A stretch of 58,134 nucleotides of DNA, taken from positions 1 through 58,134 of the forward strand of contig JBDNBY010000080.1 in the NCBI GenBank assembly GCA_039767595.1, in the 5' to 3' direction. The position numbers and the translations under genes were made by a program. Shown in pieces: positions 38,237 through 47,534 of the stretch; position 1 is the first letter of the stretch, and every line of letters starts with the position of its first letter. This stretch comes from Paracoccaceae bacterium (GTDB lineage: Bacteria; Pseudomonadota; Alphaproteobacteria; Rhodobacterales; Rhodobacteraceae). The notes below the pieces were generated by a model. The model ran no database searches. It saw only the letters and a list, made by a program, of their open reading frames with translations, and had not been told where the DNA came from.

Positions 38237-38698
38237 TCAGATACCGATCGCGCCGCAAATTCGGTGAAGTGTTTCATACTCATCGGCGCTAAGCACTGCA
38301 GAGGTCAGGGCCTCATAGGCAAACGCGGGCATCGGAGTGATATGCGCTTTGGGATGCTGGGTGACGTGTACTTCTAACGCCTCGGCGATGCACACGGGTC
38401 GGCCGGCCTGTAGCATCGTTTGATGGATATGAAACCGCTGCGCATCGACGCCCAAAACGCGCGTCTGCACGACAAGATCCGCCCCCTCATGCACTTCTTT
38501 AAGGAACTTGCGGTGATCTTCGACAACATAGATCGTCGCCCCTGTGCGATCTCGATAGGCTTGATCAAAGCCGACGGCATCTTGGACGTGATCCACTGCG
38601 TAGGAAAAGACCAACCCGTAGTAGGCATCTTGCATATGCCCGTTGTAATCAATCCACTCGGGCCGCACACGATCGTGATACTCAAACACGCCCCCCAT
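38237..38698 (-). CDS. hotdog-fold acyl-CoA thioesterase (4HBT_2-like; paralog of the lcdH C-terminal domain)
   Basis: 153 aa from the ATG at 38698 (MGGVFEYHD..). The motif WIDYNGHMQDAYY parallels WVDYNGHMNEAHY in lcdH. The track ORF (to 38839) runs into the amidohydrolase gene. Confidence 0.75.
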   Translation of the reverse strand: MGGVFEYHDRVRPEWIDYNGHMQDAYYGLVFSYAVDHVQDAVGFDQAYRDRTGATIYVVEDHRKFLKEVHEGADLVVQTRVLGVDAQRFHIHQTMLQAGRPVCIAEALEVHVTQHPKAHITPMPAFAYEALTSAVLSADEYETLHRICGAIGI

Positions 38699-38699
38699 G

Positions 38700-39578
38700 T
38701 CAGAGCTCCATGCGGTAAAATCGATTTGCGGTGGCGAAAAATACATCCGCTTGCGCCGCCTCGGGGATGATTGCGCGATACGCCTCGGCCAAGGTCGCGT
38801 AATCGGAATAGAGCAAATCAACAGGGAAATTTGAGCCAAACATCACCCGTTGCGCCCCAAAGAGATCAAGGCAAATATCTACAATCGGGCGCATACTCTC
38901 AATGCTCCAATCATGGTCAAACATCCCCAAACCAGAAAGCTTGCAGGTGACATTGGGCAGATCGGCTAATCGCTTCAAATTCGAGGCCCAAATACCGATA
39001 TGCGCCATCTCGCGATTTTGCGGACTGCCCGCGTGACATAGGGCGAATTGCGTGTTGGGGCACTCTTGGATCAGCTCTGCCATCGCGGGGATCAACGCAG
39101 GCGTCAATTGCACATCAAACGACAGGCCCCGCTCTCCCAAAGCGGCCAGATGCGCCCGAAACATGGGATCGCTGATCAATGCATTGGTGCCATTGCGCGC
39201 GTCCTCGCCCGCGGCACGGCCAACAATCTGGCGCACCCCGCGCACAGAAGGCAGACGGCTCAGCCGGTCCAACTGCGCGCCGGCATCTGGGGCGGAGAGA
39301 TCGGCAAAACTAACTTGCACCATCGACCAATCGGGATGGGCCTGCGCCTGTGCATCGATCCACGCGGCCTCGGCCCAGCCGTCCTGCGCACCCACTTGAA
39401 CATGGACGGATCCAACGCCGCCTTGCGCGCGGACATCACCGCAGAACTCATCCATCAGGTAATTGCGTTGGATCGGCGTCGGATCACCAAAGAACCGCTC
39501 TACCCCCGTTTCCATCAACCAAGGATACTCAACGGCATTGAGATCCCAAAGGTGATGATGGGCATCAATCCAACTCAT
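38700..39578 (-). CDS. amidohydrolase_2 family metal hydrolase (lactonase/decarboxylase type)
   Basis: 292 aa from the ATG at 39578. The N-terminal IDAHHHLWD metal motif is typical of the PF04909 lactonase-type clade. There is an ATGA overlap with the upstream SnoaL gene. Confidence 0.8.
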   Translation of the reverse strand: MSWIDAHHHLWDLNAVEYPWLMETGVERFFGDPTPIQRNYLMDEFCGDVRAQGGVGSVHVQVGAQDGWAEAAWIDAQAQAHPDWSMVQVSFADLSAPDAGAQLDRLSRLPSVRGVRQIVGRAAGEDARNGTNALISDPMFRAHLAALGERGLSFDVQLTPALIPAMAELIQECPNTQFALCHAGSPQNREMAHIGIWASNLKRLADLPNVTCKLSGLGMFDHDWSIESMRPIVDICLDLFGAQRVMFGSNFPVDLLYSDYATLAEAYRAIIPEAAQADVFFATANRFYRMEL

Positions 39579-40579
39579 GTGCGCGGCACCTGTTGCATCC
39601 GCTCTAAAATATCCACGCCCAGCCCCTTCCAAAAATGCAAGACATCCATGAAAATCCAGTTTTCCGCCAATTTATCCCCATCGCGGCGGTACATGTCAAT
39701 CACGCGCATTTCGCCGCGCCCCTCCGAGGCCGGCATCCCCATAAAGCCGCCGTCATGCCGGGCTGTGAAATTCGGCCACCCGAAAAAGCCGCCATAGGCA
39801 CCTTCGGCAAGGCGGCAAATGTGCTGCGTTTTTGACCGATCGGAAAAGGCCGCGCGAAATGGGCCAGAATGCTGTTTGGCGTAACGCTCGATCGTGTAGC
39901 TCGAGCCGATCCCCGCTGGCCCCCACCACAGCATGTCATCATGCCATGTGCGGGCCAGTTCCTCCTCTAGCGGCAGACCCGATTGCCATGTGCCCAAATC
40001 GTTGATCATCGCATCGATCACCGCCCATGTCTGATCCCCCTCGTGGCGCGCGCGCGCCTGATACATCAGGCCATCATGGGTCAGTGGCCCCGGTTGAACC
40101 AAATGAGCCCCTGTTTGCGGCGCAAAGGGCATCAGCCCCGCTTGGATCATCACATGGGGGATATCAAAATACATCGCCGTCTCAACAATTCGGTCGCCCT
40201 CGACACGGTGAAATTCGCAATATCGTAGCATCGTCAGCTTGCCCGTTGGCGCGATCCCCAACCATGGCGCATCAAAGAGCCCCATCAGATGGCCCATTGA
40301 AACAACCCAGACATCGTCCTCTTGGCCTTGGACACGATTGTGCCCCGCCATGAAAATATCCATACGCCGCTGGATCCGCGTCAACGAGGTCAAAAGCGGT
40401 TGCCAAAACTGCGCCACGACGGCATTGGGGTCGCGAATCTCGTTAAAGGGATGAAACCCGCGCCACAGCGCATCAGGGGCGACATAGCGCGCAAACGCAG
40501 CGCTGGGATCATCAAAGAGCTGATCATAAAATGCGCGCACTAATGTTTTTTGTGCTGAAAAATCAAACATATGTCTCAC
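39575..40579 (-). CDS. double SnoaL/NTF2-like (ester-cyclase-like) protein, paralog 1
   Basis: 334 aa containing two NTF2-like halves. The C-half has GPAGIG..F..PF..AFSDR..GWPN..ENW..D.L..G.D.L.RM, shared with the 47531-48550 protein. The start is either the GTG at 40579 or the ATG at 40570. Confidence 0.7.
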   Translation of the reverse strand: MRHMFDFSAQKTLVRAFYDQLFDDPSAAFARYVAPDALWRGFHPFNEIRDPNAVVAQFWQPLLTSLTRIQRRMDIFMAGHNRVQGQEDDVWVVSMGHLMGLFDAPWLGIAPTGKLTMLRYCEFHRVEGDRIVETAMYFDIPHVMIQAGLMPFAPQTGAHLVQPGPLTHDGLMYQARARHEGDQTWAVIDAMINDLGTWQSGLPLEEELARTWHDDMLWWGPAGIGSSYTIERYAKQHSGPFRAAFSDRSKTQHICRLAEGAYGGFFGWPNFTARHDGGFMGMPASEGRGEMRVIDMYRRDGDKLAENWIFMDVLHFWKGLGVDILERMQQVPRT

Positions 40580-40594
40580 TCACCCTGCCAGTTT

Positions 40595-40608
40595 TGCATA
40601 CGCATTCA
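40595..40608. promoter_or_regulatory. weaker LacI-type half-palindrome TGCATACGCATTCA
   Basis: It shares the 10-mer TTTGCATACG (40593-40602) with the reverse complement of 40656-40665. It lies in the divergent control region. Confidence 0.3.
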
Positions 40609-40649
40609 AAAAAGAGTTGCCAAAACTTTACCGATAAGTCTAGTGTTTT

Positions 40650-40663
40650 TGCAAACGTATGCA
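40650..40663. promoter_or_regulatory. LacI-family-type operator palindrome TGCAAACGTATGCA
   Basis: A 14-bp CG-centred palindrome with 6 of 7 symmetric pairs (outer TTTGCA/TGCAAA arms are perfect). It lies 35 nt upstream of the ABC ATPase ATG, and a LacI gene is encoded in the same operon. Confidence 0.5.
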
Positions 40664-40697
40664 AATCAATTCACGACTTGGCACGGAGGCCTGTCAC

Positions 40698-41750
40698 ATG
40701 GCAGAAATACAACTGCGAAATGTCTCAAAACGGTGGGGCAATTTTGTCGGTGTTGATAAATTTGATCTGACCATCGCGGATCGTGAATTTTTGGTTCTGC
40801 TTGGCCCGTCGGGCTGCGGCAAAACCACGACGATGCGGATGATCGCAGGGCTCGAAGAGCCAACCGAAGGCGAGATTATCATTGATGGCAAAGTCATCAA
40901 CGACCTTGAACCCAAGGACCGCGATGTCGCCATGGTGTTTCAAAGCTATGCCCTCTATCCCAATAAAAACGTCTACGAAAACATCCGCTTTCCTCTCAAA
41001 GTGCGCGGCATTGATCCTAAGACACACGATGAAAAAGTGCGCCGCGCCTCGGCCATGGTCGAGCTGGATGAATTTTTACATCGCAAACCCGCCGAATTGT
41101 CCGGTGGTCAGCGTCAGCGCGTAGCCCTTGCCCGTGCCATTGTGCGCGAGCCGAACGCGTTTTTAATGGATGAGCCTTTGTCGAACTTAGATGCGAAATT
41201 ACGCGTCTCGACGCGGGCGCAGATCAAGAACCTCTCTCACGAGCTTAATGTCACCACGGTCTATGTCACCCATGACCAGATCGAGGCGATGACCCTCGCC
41301 GACCGCGTGGTCGTTATGGAAAAGGGCGTTGTTCAACAAGTGGGCAGCCCGACTGAAATTTATGACCGTCCGGCAAATACCTTTGTTGCGGGGTTTATCG
41401 GATCGCCCGCGATGAACTTAATGGAAGGGACGGCCGCAGCGGGCGTCTTTACATGCACGGATGCCGTATCCATCCCCGCGGCGCGCGCCGTTGATGGGGC
41501 GATCACCTTGGGGTTTCGGGCCGAGGACGCGCAGGTCGTTGAGACGGGCGGTCACATTAACGCGCCGATCTACACGCTCGAGTTATTGGGCGATGCGACG
41601 ATGGTCACGGTCAAAATCGCGGGGCGCTTAATCTCGGTACGTGCTGATAAAAATTATCGGGCGGCGATTGGCGATATGGTGTCAATCGCGGTCCCTGACG
41701 AAATTTGCCATCTGTTTGATCGCCAAACAGGTGCGCGGATCGAAGCCTAA
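40698..41750 (+). CDS. ABC transporter ATP-binding protein (MalK/UgpC, CUT1 type)
   Basis: Walker A (GPSGCGKTT), signature (LSGGQRQR) and Walker B (FLMDEPLSNLD) motifs are present, with a C-terminal TOBE-like domain. The ATG at 40698 has a GGAGG RBS, whereas the track uses 40659. Confidence 0.93.
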   Translation: MAEIQLRNVSKRWGNFVGVDKFDLTIADREFLVLLGPSGCGKTTTMRMIAGLEEPTEGEIIIDGKVINDLEPKDRDVAMVFQSYALYPNKNVYENIRFPLKVRGIDPKTHDEKVRRASAMVELDEFLHRKPAELSGGQRQRVALARAIVREPNAFLMDEPLSNLDAKLRVSTRAQIKNLSHELNVTTVYVTHDQIEAMTLADRVVVMEKGVVQQVGSPTEIYDRPANTFVAGFIGSPAMNLMEGTAAAGVFTCTDAVSIPAARAVDGAITLGFRAEDAQVVETGGHINAPIYTLELLGDATMVTVKIAGRLISVRADKNYRAAIGDMVSIAVPDEICHLFDRQTGARIEA

Positions 41751-41782
41751 GGCTTTGGCAATCGGCCCTTGGGCCAAGACAA

Positions 41783-41807
41783 CAGTGCGCGGTTGCAAGG
41801 CGCACTG
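41783..41807 (+). promoter_or_regulatory. intercistronic stem-loop after ATPase gene
   Basis: A perfect 8-bp stem (CAGTGCGC / GCGCACTG) has a 9-nt loop and no T-run. Confidence 0.4.
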
Positions 41808-41831
41808 AATACATAAACAGGGAGACACTTG

Positions 41832-43058
41832 ATGTTCTTACGTAAACTTATCCTCGCCAGTGGCCTGTCCATCACAGCTGGGACAGCCGCACTCGCATGT
41901 GACGTCGGTGCACGAGTTAGCATCGTCGGAAACGAATTTCCAGCCATCCAAACTGTGGGCGCCGAAGCGGCCGCTTGCTCGGGTGCAGAGGTCAAAACCA
42001 ACCTGACGGCTGACCACCAAAAGATCAACTTGCCAGGCATGCAAGGCAATCCAGCGGAATACACATCCGCGATTGTTGCCAACTCTTCAATTGTTGCGTT
42101 GATGAACGAAGACGTGATCCGCCCCTTGGATGATCTCGTGGCCAAACATGGCAGCAGCCTGAAGAAAAACCAACTGATCACCATTGATGGCAAAGTGATG
42201 GCCGTCGCCTTTATGGCCAATGCACAGCATTTGGTCTATCGCGCCGACGTGCTCGAGGCTGCTGGCCTCACGCCGCCAAAAACCTACGAAGAGATGCTCT
42301 CAGCCGCGCAAACCATTCGCGACAAAGGCCTGATGCAAAACCCAGTGGGCGGCGCCTACATGGCGGGTTGGAACCTGGCCCAAGAGTTCAACAACATGTA
42401 CCTTGGCATGGGCGGTGCGTTCTTCAAAGCCGGCACAGCCGAGCCGAGCATTAACTCAGAAGCGGGCGTCAAAACACTTGAGATGATGAAAGCCTTGTCA
42501 GAGTATATGAACCCCGACTTCCTCACACATGACAGCAATGCCACAAACGCCGAATTCCGTGCAGGCAATGTCGCGCTGATGAACATGTGGGGCAGCCGCG
42601 CTGCAACACTTGTCGATGCCGAGGGCGTGCCACAAGAAGTGGTCGATGGCTTTGCAATCGATGGCCCGATGACTGTAGGCGGGGGATCAACACCTGCGTC
42701 AACACTGTGGTGGGACGGCTGGACCGTTGCCAAGAATATCTCGGACGCCGAAGCAGAGGCTACGTTTATCGCCATGATGAACGGCATTCGCCCAGAGTTG
42801 ATGGCAAGCGAAGAGATCCGCACACAGGCTGTTTGGCTCATCGATGGCTATACGCCAACGGATGCCGCCAAAGGTGTTTTTGCCGCTGCGCAACAGAACA
42901 CAATTCCCTATCCAATGCTGCCCTTCATGGGCTTAATGCACACAGCACTGGGCGCAGAATTGTCTGACTTTATGCAAGGCAAAGAAAGCGCCGAGCAAGC
43001 TCTGGCTGATGTCGAGGCCGCATACCGCGCCGCAGCCAAAGAAAAAGGCTTCCTCTAA
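41832..43058 (+). CDS. ABC transporter extracellular solute-binding protein (family 1, sugar/CUT1 type)
   Basis: About 408 aa with a signal peptide (LILASGLSITAGTAALA). An SBP_bac_1-like sequence follows. GGGAGA lies upstream of the ATG at 41832. Confidence 0.85.
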   Translation: MFLRKLILASGLSITAGTAALACDVGARVSIVGNEFPAIQTVGAEAAACSGAEVKTNLTADHQKINLPGMQGNPAEYTSAIVANSSIVALMNEDVIRPLDDLVAKHGSSLKKNQLITIDGKVMAVAFMANAQHLVYRADVLEAAGLTPPKTYEEMLSAAQTIRDKGLMQNPVGGAYMAGWNLAQEFNNMYLGMGGAFFKAGTAEPSINSEAGVKTLEMMKALSEYMNPDFLTHDSNATNAEFRAGNVALMNMWGSRAATLVDAEGVPQEVVDGFAIDGPMTVGGGSTPASTLWWDGWTVAKNISDAEAEATFIAMMNGIRPELMASEEIRTQAVWLIDGYTPTDAAKGVFAAAQQNTIPYPMLPFMGLMHTALGAELSDFMQGKESAEQALADVEAAYRAAAKEKGFL

Positions 43059-43066
43059 GTACCAAC

Positions 43067-43097
43067 GCAGGTGGCCAGATCCGCTCTGGCCACCTGC
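43067..43097 (+). promoter_or_regulatory. strong intercistronic stem-loop after binding-protein gene
   Basis: A perfect 12-bp GC-rich stem (GCAGGTGGCCAG / CTGGCCACCTGC) has a 7-nt loop. It starts 9 nt after the SBP stop and has no T-run. Confidence 0.55.
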
Positions 43098-43150
43098 CCG
43101 GTGCACGATTGCCATTCATCTGATATCATGTCTTTGATCATAGGATCCTC

Positions 43151-44182
43151 ATGAAACATAGAACGTTTTTTTGGTTCTTTTTACCAACTGGGCTTGCGAT
43201 GCTATTATTCATCGCATTGCCGATTGTGTCAGTTGTGTTGCAATCCTTATTCACCCCGCACGAAGCGGTTTTTGTGACCGTCGAGAGTTGCACGCCCTTT
43301 GCATGCACCCAAGAAACCACCATTGACCATAGCGCGACCGAGGCGCTGCGCGAAGCGGCGCCGATGGGGCGATTTGCCGGTCTTGATATCTATTTTGATC
43401 GTGGGCATTTGGCCGTCGCAGAAGTCGGCGCCTTGTGGCGCGATAGCCCAAGCTGGGCGCATTTCTTTGATCGGCTTGGCAATTTACCCTTTTATCGCGC
43501 CATGGGATTTACCCTGACCTACACGTTTGTCGTGACCCCGCTCTTGATCATCCTTGGCTTGATGATTGCGCTGGCGGTCAATGCATTGCACCGCAAACTC
43601 AAGGGGTTGGTCATTTTCTTTTCACTCTTGCCAATGATTGTGCCGCCTCTTGTTGGGTCGCTTGTCCTCTTTTGGATGCTCGACAGTCGCGGGATTTTAG
43701 GCTCGTTTTTGCAATGGCTTGCCGATGACCCTGACCTGTCGCTCAAGGCGTCGACGGGGCTAACGTGGATCATGCTCATTGTGTATGGCGTATGGCATTC
43801 GGCGCCCTTTGCCTTTGTCGTCTTTTATGCGGGGCTTCAGACCCTGCCCCAAGACCAGATCGAGGCGGCGCGCATTGATGGGGCCAGCCGCTGGCAACAG
43901 GTGATGCATGTCATTGTGCCGCATTTGATGCCTTTGGTGACATTCGTCGCGCTGATACAATTGATGGATAACTTCCGCGTCTTTGAGCCGATTGTCGGCT
44001 TCAACGCAGAGGCACATGCGACATCCTTGTCGTGGATTATTTTCAACGATTTGGGCGGCGAGACACAGCAATTGTCAGCAGCCTCAGCGACCTCTGTGAT
44101 GACCATCATCGGCGTTTCGATTTTACTCACCCCCGTCTTGATCCGAACATGGCGCGATTTCAAAGGAAAATCTCATGCATAA
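43151..44182 (+). CDS. ABC transporter permease (MalF-like, with large periplasmic loop)
   Basis: 343-aa polytopic ORF with the EAA loop EAARIDGASRWQQVMHVIVP. An extended loop follows TM1. Confidence 0.9.
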   Translation: MKHRTFFWFFLPTGLAMLLFIALPIVSVVLQSLFTPHEAVFVTVESCTPFACTQETTIDHSATEALREAAPMGRFAGLDIYFDRGHLAVAEVGALWRDSPSWAHFFDRLGNLPFYRAMGFTLTYTFVVTPLLIILGLMIALAVNALHRKLKGLVIFFSLLPMIVPPLVGSLVLFWMLDSRGILGSFLQWLADDPDLSLKASTGLTWIMLIVYGVWHSAPFAFVVFYAGLQTLPQDQIEAARIDGASRWQQVMHVIVPHLMPLVTFVALIQLMDNFRVFEPIVGFNAEAHATSLSWIIFNDLGGETQQLSAASATSVMTIIGVSILLTPVLIRTWRDFKGKSHA

Positions 44183-45056
44183 CGCCATTCACAAACGTCC
44201 CTTGGGCCTGCGCCTGATGGCGAACGGGTTTGTTCTAATGTGGCTCGTGGCGGCGGCCTTTCCATTTATTTGGACGCTCTGGGGCAGCTTTAAGGTCGAG
44301 CTGGATTTCTTTTCCATCGCGGATTGGACAAATGCGATTTTCGGGCGCAACACCCAAGAGACCTATGGCAGCCCCTTCACCAGCACGGGATATTACGGCG
44401 CTTGGATCCAAGAGGAGTTTTGGCGCGCCTTTATCAACACGACGATCGTGTGCTTTTGCGTGGTGTGCACTTCTTTGACCATCGGCACGTTGGGCGGCTA
44501 TGCGCTGTCACGCTCTGGATTTCGCTATGTGTTTTGGCTGTTGCTGGCGGCGCTGATTTTCCGCGCCATGCCGCCGATCACATTGGTGGCCGGCTATATG
44601 CTGCCGTTCTTTGAGTGGAACGTATGGGGCATTTTGCCGACGACGATCATTGTCCTCGTGGCGATCAATCAGCCCTTTACCCTATGGATGCTACACTCCT
44701 TTTTCCAAAGCATTCCCAAGGAATTGGACGAGAGTGCCAAGGTCGATGGCTGCACGCAGTTCCAAGCCTTTCGCCATGTTATCATTCCTGTGATGTGGCC
44801 TGGGGTCATCACGACGGGCCTGTTTAGTTTTCTGCTGGCCTATAATGATTTTGCAGTGACCTCGATGCTCTTGAGCGAGGATAATCGCACAATGGTTCCC
44901 GAAATTGCAGCCTTTTTGGGCACAACATACACAGAAGGAAACGTCATGTTTGCAGTGGCTTCAGTCGTCTCGGCCACGGCGCCGCTCTTTGTGCTCGTCC
45001 TGTTTTTTCAGCGGCAGATCGTCAGCGGCCTGACCGCAGGGGCCGTCAAAGGATGA
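44175..45056 (+). CDS. ABC transporter permease (MalG-like)
   Basis: 293-aa ORF with the EAA loop ESAKVDGCTQFQAFRHVIIP. It overlaps the previous gene by 8 nt. Confidence 0.9.
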   Translation: MHNAIHKRPLGLRLMANGFVLMWLVAAAFPFIWTLWGSFKVELDFFSIADWTNAIFGRNTQETYGSPFTSTGYYGAWIQEEFWRAFINTTIVCFCVVCTSLTIGTLGGYALSRSGFRYVFWLLLAALIFRAMPPITLVAGYMLPFFEWNVWGILPTTIIVLVAINQPFTLWMLHSFFQSIPKELDESAKVDGCTQFQAFRHVIIPVMWPGVITTGLFSFLLAYNDFAVTSMLLSEDNRTMVPEIAAFLGTTYTEGNVMFAVASVVSATAPLFVLVLFFQRQIVSGLTAGAVKG

Positions 45057-45592
45057 AGGGCGCCAGACCAGAGCAAGCGGCCCTGACCCGCGACACAGAC
45101 CTGAGTAAAACCGACGCCACCCGCGCGGTGATTGAGGGCATGGTCGACGGGCTCAATGATCACCGCATTGATGATATCGGCGCGTTTTTCGCCCAAAGCT
45201 TTCGCTGGATGGGCAATTTTGGCTGCGGCACAAAAAATGGTCTGCAAGAGTTCCAAGACAATTGGCAACGCCCCTTTCAAGCGGCATTTTCAGATAAAGT
45301 CTGCATTGATGAGGCGCGGCTTTATATGGGCGAATGGGCCGCGGCCTTTGGCCGGCAGGAGGCCGTGCATTCAGGTGAATTCATGGGAGTTGCCCCAACC
45401 GGCAAGACCGTTGAAATCCGCTATATGGATTTTTGGAAAGTCGAAGACGGCAAAATCACCGACAATTATGTGATGGTCGATTTTCCGCATGTGCTCTCGC
45501 AATTAGGGGTGGATGTCTTTGGCGGTGAGGGCTGGGAGGCCTATGACCGCGGCACAAAAACGCCCCCGACACCAACTCAAAAGGACGCGTAA
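45053..45592 (+). CDS. single-domain SnoaL-like ester cyclase family protein
   Basis: 179-aa ORF with the ester-cyclase pattern ..W..PF..AFSD.. G.F.GV.PTGK.V....MDFW.V.DGKI..N.V..D....L.QLG. There is an ATGA overlap with the permease stop. Confidence 0.75.
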   Translation: MKGARPEQAALTRDTDLSKTDATRAVIEGMVDGLNDHRIDDIGAFFAQSFRWMGNFGCGTKNGLQEFQDNWQRPFQAAFSDKVCIDEARLYMGEWAAAFGRQEAVHSGEFMGVAPTGKTVEIRYMDFWKVEDGKITDNYVMVDFPHVLSQLGVDVFGGEGWEAYDRGTKTPPTPTQKDA

Positions 45593-45594
45593 CG

Positions 45595-46905
45595 ATGGCT
45601 GTTGAATACCTAAAGACTCGCAAATCCGCCGAAGAAATCCGCGACGATGACGCAAAAACACGCGCAGTGGTCGAGGAAACCCTTGCCGACATCGAAGAAC
45701 GCGGCGATGACGCCGTTCGCGATCTGAGCCAGAAATTTGACGGCTATGCCCCGCACAGCTTTCGCCTAAGCCCCAGCGAAATCGAAGCGGCCATGCAAAA
45801 GGTCAGCGCGCGCGACATGGACGATATCAAATTCGCCCAAACGCAAATCCGCCGCTTTGCCCAAGAGCAGCGCGCCTCGATGACAGATATCGAAGTTGAA
45901 ACAATGCCGGGCGTCATTTTGGGCCATAAAAATATCCCTGTGCAATCCGTGGGCTGTTATGTGCCTGGCGGGAAATTCCCAATGGTAGCCTCTGCGCATA
46001 TGTCCGTGCTGACCGCCTCTGTGGCGGGTGTGCCGCGGATCATCGCCTCGGCCCCGCCCGTGAACGGTGCACCGCATCCGGCGATTGTGGCGGCGATGCA
46101 TATGGGCGGCGCGCATGAAATCTATGTTCTGGGCGGCATCCAAGCGGTGGGCGCGATGGCCATTGGCACGCAAACGATTGAGCCTGTGCATATGCTTGTG
46201 GGCCCTGGAAATGCCTTTGTCGCCGAGGCGAAGCGCCAGCTTTATGGACGCGTGGGCATTGATCTGTTTGCAGGGCCAACTGAAACGATGGTGATCGCCG
46301 ATGACACCGTGGACGCAGAGCTGTGTGCCACTGACCTCTTAGGTCAGGCTGAGCACGGCTATAATTCCCCTGCGGCGATGATCACCAATAGCCGCAAATT
46401 AGCCGAGGCGACATTGGCTGAGATTGACCGCCTGCTTGAGATCATCCCAACCGCTGATACTGCCGCCGCCAGTTGGCGCGATTACGGCGATATGATCGTG
46501 TGTGACAACCATGCGCAGATGCTCGATGTGGCCAATGACATGGCCTATGAACATGTCCAAGTGATGACCGATCGCGATGAGTGGTACCTTGAGAATATGC
46601 ATTCTTATGGTGCGCTGTTCCTTGGTCCGCGCACGAATGTGGCCAATGGTGATAAGGTGATCGGCACCAACCATACTTTGCCCACGAAAAAAGCAGGGCG
46701 CTATACGGGCGGCCTATGGGTTGGGAAGTTTCTCAAGACCCACTCCTATCAAAAAATCACAACCGACGAGGCCGCGACATTGGTCGGAGAGTATGGCTCG
46801 CGCCTTTGTATGCTTGAGGGGTTTGTCGGCCATGCAGAACAGTGTAACGTGCGCGTACGCCGCTATGGCGGAAAAAATGTCCCCTATGGAGAAGCCGCAG
46901 AATGA
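45595..46905 (+). CDS. histidinol-dehydrogenase-family NAD-dependent dehydrogenase (HisD paralog, not in a his operon)
   Basis: 436-aa ORF. The HisD Zn/catalytic positions are recognisable ([28 protein letters not shown]). The context is catabolic. Confidence 0.85.
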   Translation: MAVEYLKTRKSAEEIRDDDAKTRAVVEETLADIEERGDDAVRDLSQKFDGYAPHSFRLSPSEIEAAMQKVSARDMDDIKFAQTQIRRFAQEQRASMTDIEVETMPGVILGHKNIPVQSVGCYVPGGKFPMVASAHMSVLTASVAGVPRIIASAPPVNGAPHPAIVAAMHMGGAHEIYVLGGIQAVGAMAIGTQTIEPVHMLVGPGNAFVAEAKRQLYGRVGIDLFAGPTETMVIADDTVDAELCATDLLGQAEHGYNSPAAMITNSRKLAEATLAEIDRLLEIIPTADTAAASWRDYGDMIVCDNHAQMLDVANDMAYEHVQVMTDRDEWYLENMHSYGALFLGPRTNVANGDKVIGTNHTLPTKKAGRYTGGLWVGKFLKTHSYQKITTDEAATLVGEYGSRLCMLEGFVGHAEQCNVRVRRYGGKNVPYGEAAE

Positions 46906-47534
46906 TCAAAGTTTATGGAAGAGCCACCTCAGTCAACGTCCAGGCGGTGATGTGGTGCATCACAGAGCTGGGGCTAGAGCATGAACGTGAGGACGTCGGC
47001 GGCGCCTATGGGGGGACAGATACCCCAGAGTTTTTGGCCAAGAACCCAATGGGCCTGATCCCTGTGATCGAAGATGGGGCTGTGACCCTCTTTGAAACAC
47101 CCACGATCCTGCGCTATGTGATACGCAGATATGGCACGCACCCTGCCGATCCTGCGGCAGCCGCGCAGCTAGAACTCTGGGCCGATTGGACACGGTCGCA
47201 TTTTTACAAACCCATGACCTATGGCGTCTTTTGGCAATTGATCCGCACACCAAAGAACGAGCGGAACCATGCGCAATTTGACAAAGATCGCCAAGAGATC
47301 AACGCCCTCACGCACACGATCGGCGCACAGATGCAAGGCCCGTATATCAATGGGGATACGCTCAGCATCGCGGATTTTGCCTTTGGCACGTTGCTTCATC
47401 GCTATTTCGAGCTGGAGTTTGAGCGCGACGCCCACCCCGCCGTCACCGCATATTACGAGGCGCTGAGACAGCGGCCGGCCTATCGGGCCCATGTCATGAA
47501 GGATCCCAATGACCTCAAAGTCGAGGGTGCATGA
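46902..47534 (+). CDS. glutathione S-transferase family protein
   Basis: 210-aa ORF with a GST N-domain ([25 protein letters not shown]) and a helical C-domain. It has ATGA overlaps at both ends. Confidence 0.8.
   Translation: MIKVYGRATSVNVQAVMWCITELGLEHEREDVGGAYGGTDTPEFLAKNPMGLIPVIEDGAVTLFETPTILRYVIRRYGTHPADPAAAAQLELWADWTRSHFYKPMTYGVFWQLIRTPKNERNHAQFDKDRQEINALTHTIGAQMQGPYINGDTLSIADFAFGTLLHRYFELEFERDAHPAVTAYYEALRQRPAYRAHVMKDPNDLKVEGA

Noticed and set aside
45595-46905. I considered calling the HisD paralog HpsN (sulfopropanediol dehydrogenase).
   Set aside because: No hpsO/hpsP, sulfolactate or sulfite-export genes, and no TRAP transporter, are nearby. The assignment cannot be supported without a phylogeny.
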